DNA of 64,000 nucleotides from Perna viridis (lineage: Eukaryota). The stretch is from positions 31,533,626 to 31,597,625 of the forward strand of contig CM074516.1 of assembly GCA_037379345.1 (NCBI GenBank). Direction: 5' to 3'. Under the pieces are notes generated by a model. The model saw nothing but the letters and a program-made list of their open reading frames with translations. It made no database searches and was not told the DNA's origin. This document shows, piece after piece, positions 63,001 to 64,000 of the stretch (its first letter is position 1; every line of letters starts with the position of its first letter). The position numbers and the translations under genes are program-made.

Positions 63001-64000
63001 TTGATTTGGTTTCATTTGGTTGATTATATTGGTAGACAAATGTATGATTTTCTAAAAAATGCAGATCTGAATGCAGAAATGACTACCGTTATGTGAAAGT
63101 ATAGCATAAATGTCTGAAAAAGCATCGTTTGTTTGGTGGGTTTTTCTACACCATGAATCACTTTACCATTGGCTGCATCTGAATTTTACAAAGACTGGTA
63201 CTTAAATCAGCTTTAGCCACATGTATTAGTACAAACCCATAGCTAACTCCTAGATTATCCACAAGACTACCAGTAATGGATGCTAAGGACTGTTCTGATT
63301 GGGTCCATCTAGTAAACACAGCCTGGTCCATAACAGGGGACTTGGGTCTATCATCATCCACAGGCATATAACTGTCCTCATGGTCCATACACCATACAAT
63401 CCCTAAAAATTAGAACATGAGTCTTAACATTATTGTTGATCACTTTTATGAGATAAGTGCATATCTTGGTAAGTATGCACCAAATGACTTGAACTTTTAA
63501 AAAAATATTGAAGACATTATAAATATACTATCAATTAAAGTATTTTTGCCTTAAAAATGTATTTCCCCCCTTTTTTCCAAAGTACAAATGGACATAACTT
63601 CAGTGGATAATAAATTCCAGGTAATATGCACAACTATACATCATTTCCCAACTACTTACTAAATTTCATGAAATCTGGTGCAGTTGTTTCCAGAGAGTTG
63701 TGCTTAATAAACTGTGACATACAGACAAATGGGGCAAAAACAATATATCTTCCCAACAAAGAGGGGGAAAATAATTACCATCATCAATGTTTTCAGGTCC
63801 AACATTCTTTAAGGCTTCTTTTGCAAGGTCAACTTCATAACCAGCTAACATCATCTCTTGGATAAATTTACTGGTTTTCTGTTCTTCTGGTTCCTCCATA
63901 TCTTCTATCGGCTCTTCATCACTTTCTTTCATTTCTTCCATTCTCTCAATATCTATTCTCTCAACATCAGTCTTAGCAGACGACAATGCCATTGTTAAGT
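2826..64000 (-). CDS. RNF213: RNF213/mysterin-like AAA+ ATPase E3 ubiquitin ligase, 5'-partial, 70 exons (~3,640 aa in window)
   Basis: Hand-spliced GT-AG exons all in phase. RNF213 signature motifs in order: KSWRAGIGKTL (AAA2), GETGCGKT / FFDEANT (AAA3), GKPGSSKS / VVLDEIGLAE (AAA4), ISNWALDPAKMNRG, EFFGLRDFY, IFGSSFPKDQEYTQ, LLNLENLYESLYDALNQYY, FPIPLINRLEKHF, C3HC4 RING, RZ finger CPNGH..C..CKEC..IGG; TAG stop at 2826-2828. Confidence 0.96.
6347..6546 (-). CDS. RNF213: RNF213-like exon 69
   Basis: KAFEGISDNFKKSL...LVDLLFECIVL. Confidence 0.9.
7803..7892 (-). CDS. RNF213: RNF213-like exon 68
   Basis: AQQAAKCKHTMCLWITLAMERAK. Confidence 0.9.
8447..8644 (-). CDS. RNF213: RNF213-like exon 67
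   Basis: DLCESLDKLDIAISFLKSVGADP...TLKM. Confidence 0.92.
9174..9248 (-). CDS. RNF213: RNF213-like exon 66
   Basis: IEIITYRSESTNAVVFRSLYDRIKQ. Confidence 0.88.
9634..9853 (-). CDS. RNF213: RNF213-like exon 65
   Basis: HLISYHPDRDLLPMILANCNYSFEVGQGTKVEYNF. Confidence 0.93.
10240..10432 (-). CDS. RNF213: RNF213-like exon 64
   Basis: TPISHLIPTHKDAGLSSYVLLFFLLKKQNMFL. Confidence 0.92.
10951..11034 (-). CDS. RNF213: RNF213-like exon 63
   Basis: FNHFLEDYTEAWNCVRESL. Confidence 0.9.
11529..11670 (-). CDS. RNF213: RNF213-like exon 62
   Basis: EHHLRAIRFVPSIIRLQKMLIQKY. Confidence 0.92.
12090..12274 (-). CDS. RNF213: RNF213-like exon 61
   Basis: NDPLLQILYE...IWRYRAMISVNHL...LRLFLKE. Confidence 0.92.
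12853..12910 (-). CDS. RNF213: RNF213-like exon 60
   Basis: NMDKIVKQCNDLILKDQRL. Confidence 0.88.
13451..13551 (-). CDS. RNF213: RNF213-like exon 59
   Basis: LTDKNSRSDWEDRFAKRYISPVLQ. Confidence 0.9.
13815..14217 (+). mobile_element. ~400-bp MITE family A, copy 1
   Basis: Shares GTGATTCATGGTGTAGAAAAACCCAC.AAACAAACAATG with other copies; ends GATTGCTACTTAA. Confidence 0.75.
14989..15172 (-). CDS. RNF213: RNF213-like exon 58
   Basis: YLIEHMDLDL...LGKNRDDTLLLIHHLL. Confidence 0.92.
15960..16113 (-). CDS. RNF213: RNF213-like exon 57
   Basis: DRTERGHLLG...AVLRLLTHMSMYIGA. Confidence 0.93.
16618..16715 (-). CDS. RNF213: RNF213-like exon 56 (RZ finger C-half)
   Basis: CGNPAYVGMCKECGREIGGQGYKL. 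Confidence 0.92.
17020..17054 (-). CDS. RNF213: RNF213-like exon 55 (35-nt micro-exon, RZ finger N-half)
   Basis: CPNGHPYVIGN; TTTTAG acceptor, GTAAGT donor. Confidence 0.92.
17096..17466 (+). mobile_element. MITE family A, copy 2
   Basis: Starts TTAAGTACCAGTC; ends CTGATTTTTATAAAGACTACTAC. Confidence 0.75.
18646..18748 (-). CDS. RNF213: RNF213-like exon 54
   Basis: DCYYPTMPQDELLEIKEAL...PVFY. Confidence 0.92.
19744..19935 (-). CDS. RNF213: RNF213-like exon 53
   Basis: ETTQRVLQN...LMTPLHRIAFLPGDMV. Confidence 0.9.
20138..20191 (-). CDS. RNF213: RNF213-like exon 52
   Basis: GRQFLIEFIMNHPLIKNK, 54 nt, phase 0/0. Confidence 0.78.
20461..21545. repeat. 45-bp minisatellite (~24 copies) derived from the exon 51 splice donor
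   Basis: Unit (minus strand) TTGGACATTTCCTGGTCAG|GTCAGTATTGTACAGATGGTAGTGAC; matches the true junction GACATTACCTGGTCAG|GTCAGT. Confidence 0.95.
21530..21637 (-). CDS. RNF213: RNF213-like exon 51
   Basis: KPTEEWQTRVKLLLSLYREI...TLPGQ; donor GTCAGT. Confidence 0.87.
21895..22011 (-). CDS. RNF213: RNF213-like exon 50
   Basis: VKECHDRYIVMGDEYKELRETV. Confidence 0.9.
22111..22350. repeat. (TA)n-flanked insertion with a perfect 29-bp inverted repeat and an internal B-box-like hairpin
   Basis: AAGGGTCTGAAAAATTCCCAACGATGTTA (22125-22153) is the exact reverse complement of 22224-22252. Confidence 0.8.
22357..22477 (-). CDS. RNF213: RNF213-like exon 49
   Basis: KFFVKQLCRCYG...LRWVKLP. Confidence 0.9.
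22934..23819. mobile_element. non-autonomous hAT-like DNA transposon, copy 1
   Basis: TIR CATGGGTCAAGAAAT / ATTTCCTAACCCATG; imperfect 8-bp TSD ATTTGTTG / GTTTGCTG; body colinear with 48071-49561. Confidence 0.8.
23927..24198 (-). CDS. RNF213: RNF213-like exon 48
   Basis: DSLHQQ...ISRVRFSLSVVARY...QLCEECGSPWP. Confidence 0.92.
24408..24528 (-). CDS. RNF213: RNF213-like exon 47
   Basis: GIDIDNYLNEYF...ELCQLVLQCME. Confidence 0.9.
24723..25044. mobile_element. candidate MITE
   Basis: CGGAGGCACTAGGCATAAGAAT ... ATTCTTTATCTCTCAGTGCCTCTG imperfect TIR. Confidence 0.5.
25325..25588 (-). CDS. RNF213: RNF213-like exon 46
   Basis: YRNRCNSFFLEVVSQLCF...IDPTPVVRSFLLQQL. Confidence 0.93.
25965..26144 (-). 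CDS. RNF213: RNF213-like exon 45 (C3HC4 RING finger)
   Basis: CVGC...PVRLPCEHVICRKC...CPKC. Confidence 0.94.
26271..26650 (-). mobile_element. MITE family A, copy 3 (inverted)
   Basis: Starts TTAAGTAGTAGTCTTTATAAAAATCAG; contains TTTTTCTACACCATGAATT. Confidence 0.75.
27015..27115 (-). CDS. RNF213: RNF213-like exon 44
   Basis: TLGDRANMKDIQSLNKVEKFIKTCN...CF. Confidence 0.88.
28329..28431 (-). CDS. RNF213: RNF213-like exon 43
   Basis: YQWTRTLVVKLFIEHVC...PLWV. Confidence 0.88.
29235..29446 (-). CDS. RNF213: RNF213-like exon 42
   Basis: TLDILALHLLVEDLEP...WLRKVCDYRPIIERL. Confidence 0.9.
29788..30345. mobile_element. HINE-like element (related fragment at 26664-27005)
   Basis: Shared start AAAACTGTGAGCAATGCTCA..TAATTGATACCC with 26666; internal repeats; GGAA/GACA microsatellite abutting exon 41 donor. 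Confidence 0.55.
30353..30595 (-). CDS. RNF213: RNF213-like exon 41
   Basis: IVCESVING...RYKNFSNIVHVWP...TPTE. Confidence 0.88.
30900..31400. repeat. 53-54-bp tandem repeat derived from exon 40 3' end + donor, decaying away from the exon
   Basis: Repeated TACTTACTCTACATTCCTCCTCAGT..GTAC.GGATGTACCATGTGTACAAA. Confidence 0.85.
31354..31520 (-). CDS. RNF213: RNF213-like exon 40 (possible in-frame alternative donor at 31300)
   Basis: LPFGKLL...YIGDFVHMVHPVQTEEECR; donor GTAAGT. Confidence 0.88.
31857..32197 (-). CDS. RNF213: RNF213-like exon 39
   Basis: VIPILAGIIAFIDTNKNL...MPFSWLIF. Confidence 0.92.
32480..32930. repeat. ~60-bp degenerate tandem repeat derived from exon 38 donor region
   Basis: Repeated CTATGACCT.CTACCTGAA.GT.C...CCCTGTT matching the junction at 32879-32912. 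Confidence 0.75.
32893..33040 (-). CDS. RNF213: RNF213-like exon 38
   Basis: DLTVMSGIAQHL...NWLSKEA...RAGTF. Confidence 0.9.
33651..34038 (-). CDS. RNF213: RNF213-like exon 37
   Basis: CGLWHSVHIDDIHP...acidic stretch...LIKKCIQPALGNVKD. Confidence 0.9.
34102..34995. mobile_element. Helentron/HINE-like element with satellite core
   Basis: AAGGGCAATA motif near 34132, 34301 and 34632 (~169-bp unit), (ACG/ACA)n tract, terminal hairpin AGCTCACATGGCC-AAT-GGCCAGGTGAGCT. Confidence 0.65.
35124..35331 (-). CDS. RNF213: RNF213-like exon 36
   Basis: LLIVQCD...LVACARY...HVVFVLQLP...FTGFQ. Confidence 0.92.
35650..35786 (-). CDS. RNF213: RNF213-like exon 35
   Basis: ITTNSK...LQSFDTEQQFSRKV. Confidence 0.9.
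36187..36366 (-). CDS. RNF213: RNF213-like exon 34
   Basis: ILHEAKSILLWCATPAAV...QHHESLADYL. Confidence 0.9.
37273..37393 (-). CDS. RNF213: RNF213-like exon 33
   Basis: SVEIGNAFMGYHADTCAAIIL. Confidence 0.9.
37547..38020. mobile_element. degenerate HINE-like element
   Basis: AAACAAGAG start, (GACA)n tract, GTGATACCTATATACCCCC-type 3' end. Confidence 0.45.
38105..38296 (-). CDS. RNF213: RNF213-like exon 32
   Basis: LIVVAEKQIVYDKFPIPLINRLEKHF. Confidence 0.93.
39866..39951 (-). CDS. RNF213: RNF213-like exon 31
   Basis: YYVVFGGERYVDLGLGTHRVKCRVHKNF. Confidence 0.94.
40118..40822. repeat. 79-bp (plus 43-bp truncated) tandem repeat derived from exon 30 3' end + donor
   Basis: Donor-equivalent positions near 40281, 40360, 40439, 40518, 40597, 40640, 40719 and 40762; unit contains ACCTGATTCAGAGCATCGTAGAGACTTTCATACAGGTTCTCGAGGTTCAGAAGTATAACAG. 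Confidence 0.9.
40765..40872 (-). CDS. RNF213: RNF213-like exon 30
   Basis: VCRNINRIKVCMETGSTVILLNLENLYESLYDALNQ. Confidence 0.94.
41558..41690 (-). CDS. RNF213: RNF213-like exon 29
   Basis: ESRYLLLLTENYGAL...IFGSSFPKDQEYTQ. Confidence 0.93.
42530..42624 (-). CDS. RNF213: RNF213-like exon 28
   Basis: RPDDPDCTSSGMIQACLTG; phase fits neighbours. Confidence 0.85.
42890..43052 (-). CDS. RNF213: RNF213-like exon 27
   Basis: LLKMLYGF...ILRNFGGL. Confidence 0.92.
43925..44062 (-). CDS. RNF213: RNF213-like exon 26
   Basis: GICSTS...REFFGLRDFY. Confidence 0.93.
44475..44584 (-). CDS. RNF213: RNF213-like exon 25
   Basis: VAFIGISNWALDPAKMNRG. Confidence 0.94.
45450..45512 (-). CDS. RNF213: RNF213-like exon 24
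   Basis: TLHPLLEDGCPDDEEPEKYKK. Confidence 0.92.
45750..45920 (-). CDS. RNF213: RNF213-like exon 23 (AAA4 Walker B)
   Basis: VSYQCSP...VVLDEIGLAEDSPRMPLK. Confidence 0.95.
46298..46693 (-). mobile_element. MITE family A, copy 4 (inverted)
   Basis: TTAAGTAGCAGTC...GAATGGTACTTAA: terminal inverted repeat with TTAA at both ends. Confidence 0.8.
46867..47089 (-). CDS. RNF213: RNF213-like exon 22 (AAA4 Walker A)
   Basis: NIAKNQALKENVFMMIVCIELRIPMFLVGKPGSSKSLAK. Confidence 0.95.
47498..47658 (-). CDS. RNF213: RNF213-like exon 21
   Basis: EVDDVTRSLVLALGVCYHACL. Confidence 0.92.
48071..49561. mobile_element. non-autonomous hAT-like DNA transposon, copy 2, carrying a nested insertion
   Basis: Exact 8-bp TSD GTTGAGAT at 48063-48070 and 49562-49569; starts CATGGGTCC; homologous to 22934-23819. 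Confidence 0.85.
48373..49028. mobile_element. Helentron/HINE-like non-autonomous element nested in hAT copy 2
   Basis: Absent from hAT copy 1; internal ~160-170-bp tandem units (ATAGAG(C/T)GGAC near 48434, 48594, 48764, 48934), (GGAC)n-like microsatellite, terminal hairpin CCCGCCTAAGGCGGG. Confidence 0.75.
49737..49910 (-). CDS. RNF213: RNF213-like exon 20
   Basis: DECSFVSLRDVERVLQVMSWFY + acidic stretch. Confidence 0.92.
50356..50448 (-). CDS. RNF213: RNF213-like exon 19
   Basis: INNGQLPNSPGLDTAVSKILTVSQDFMRAQH. Confidence 0.88.
50772..50905 (-). CDS. RNF213: RNF213-like exon 18
   Basis: PMRHLVYRVQSLPQSMLPLVWDFGQL. Confidence 0.94.
51425..51507 (-). CDS. RNF213: RNF213-like exon 17
   Basis: HSDDLIKRLEQAGLGYHV...TDKL. 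Confidence 0.92.
51770..52023 (-). CDS. RNF213: RNF213-like exon 16 (AAA3 Walker B)
   Basis: VHGGT...VLFFDEANTTEAVG...AACNPYR. Confidence 0.95.
53119..53239 (-). CDS. RNF213: RNF213-like exon 15 (AAA3 Walker A)
   Basis: CDIPVIIMGETGCGKTRLIKFM. Confidence 0.95.
53822..53944 (-). CDS. RNF213: RNF213-like exon 14
   Basis: DPDPTYELTTDNVKKILAIYMRF. Confidence 0.93.
54466..55291. mobile_element. Tc1/mariner(pogo)-like MITE
   Basis: TA|CCGTATTTTGGTGTTTATAGTGTGCATT ... AATGTGCGCATAATACACACCAAAATACAG|TA; ~30-bp imperfect TIR with TA flanks. Confidence 0.7.
55410..55607 (-). CDS. RNF213: RNF213-like exon 13
   Basis: PHPYLFFNPDQNSMTFLGF...ENFDALP. Confidence 0.92.
55892..56031 (-). CDS. RNF213: RNF213-like exon 12
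   Basis: DFSTRSL...MRRTWET. Confidence 0.9.
56898..57066 (-). CDS. RNF213: RNF213-like exon 11
   Basis: HCGIRDPSWSELYHFVSFLNKQL...LPGFAKFVLRFLMQMSR. Confidence 0.93.
57249..57884. mobile_element. MITE with 16-bp TIR
   Basis: GGCTATGTTAAACTAT ... ATAGTTTTACATGGCC (14/16 inverted match). Confidence 0.6.
58013..58287 (-). CDS. RNF213: RNF213-like exon 10
   Basis: LDILPHVTCRSPQE...FKSPTFQRPFQYL. Confidence 0.9.
58511..58657 (-). CDS. RNF213: RNF213-like exon 9
   Basis: VQEGVDAFLFQLLILGCLGHSSGNVWRRS...YIIE. Confidence 0.9.
58638..58940. repeat. 50-bp tandem repeat (6 copies) derived from exon 9 splice acceptor
   Basis: Repeated CATCTACTCCCTCCTGCACCT(A/G)TAAAGAAAAGGTCATGATCT.AAATGTA; GCACCT at 58654, 58701, 58751, 58801, 58851, 58901. 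Confidence 0.92.
59114..59357 (-). CDS. RNF213: RNF213-like exon 8 (AAA2 Walker A-like)
   Basis: CSVRIVKSWRAGIGKTL...IFHIDISHV. Confidence 0.92.
59595..59790 (-). CDS. RNF213: RNF213-like exon 7
   Basis: RKYQLVVICSSENEDRSRIVAALDKY...ASAVDFE. Confidence 0.9.
60344..60485 (-). CDS. RNF213: RNF213-like exon 6
   Basis: LEVFWRRALFADNNRIYCLVNADLLDYDVS. Confidence 0.9.
60787..60893 (-). CDS. RNF213: RNF213-like exon 5
   Basis: EIYNSVISVYSHEEDRPLPQSDEVLLCTPHTTLDM. Confidence 0.9.
61066..61418. mobile_element. Tc1/mariner-like MITE
   Basis: TA|CAGTACCTGAACTGGTC ... GATCAGTTCAGGGACTG|TA. Confidence 0.65.
61799..61873 (-). CDS. RNF213: RNF213-like exon 4
   Basis: TFEVERTFLPCFVAGEPNLIICRQ; donor GTGAGT. 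Confidence 0.87.
62256..62392 (-). CDS. RNF213: RNF213-like exon 3
   Basis: ENEVENLIKALEMLWETF...DYLSVEHLGMILNRL. Confidence 0.88.
62417..62600. repeat. short tandem duplication (~3 copies) upstream of exon 3 acceptor
   Basis: Repeated AGTCAAACAATGACCTCTATAACATAAAACCTTGTCTTAATA. Confidence 0.75.
62794..63205 (-). mobile_element. MITE family A, copy 5 (inverted)
   Basis: AGTAGCAGTCTTCATAAAAACCAG...CTGAATTTTACAAAGACTGGTACTTAA; subterminal GTGATTCATG / CATGAATCAC. Confidence 0.8.
63237..63402 (-). CDS. RNF213: RNF213-like exon 2
   Basis: IVWCMDHEDS...LGVSY; AG/GT, phase consistent. Confidence 0.82.
63779..64000 (-). CDS. RNF213: RNF213-like exon 1 (in window; 5'-truncated), acidic linker + first part of UBA-like domain
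   Basis: ...FIQEMMLAGYEVDLAKEALKNVGPENIDD; donor GTAATT, phase 1. Confidence 0.85.

Noticed and set aside
2826-64000. Gene as a pseudogene, or as several separate genes (AAA ATPase, RING protein, etc.)
   Set aside because: All 70 exons join in consistent phase with GT-AG sites and no internal stop, in RNF213 domain order.

Overview
AT-rich eukaryotic (animal) genomic DNA. The repeat types and gene style suggest a bivalve mollusc such as a mussel, but that is an inference. Almost the whole window is the 3' part of one minus-strand, intron-rich RNF213 (mysterin)-like giant AAA+ ATPase / E3 ubiquitin ligase gene. I traced 70 GT-AG exons by hand, all joining in phase without stops: about 10.9 kb of CDS and about 3,640 aa, from the window edge at 64000 to the TAG stop at 2826-2828. 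The 5' end lies outside the window. The exons encode the AAA2/AAA3/AAA4 motifs, a C3HC4 RING, the RZ finger and the C-terminal domain. Three things stand out. (1) At least seven exons are flanked by tandem copies of their own exon/intron junction, i.e. amplified splice sites, including a ~24 x 45-bp array and two in-frame duplicated donors. (2) A UBA-like domain lies upstream of the AAA ring. (3) Tyr replaces the His at the RZ position equivalent to human H4537. The introns also hold several non-autonomous DNA transposons: a 5-copy MITE, two hAT-like copies (one with a nested Helentron-like element), Tc1/mariner-like MITEs and HINE-like fragments.
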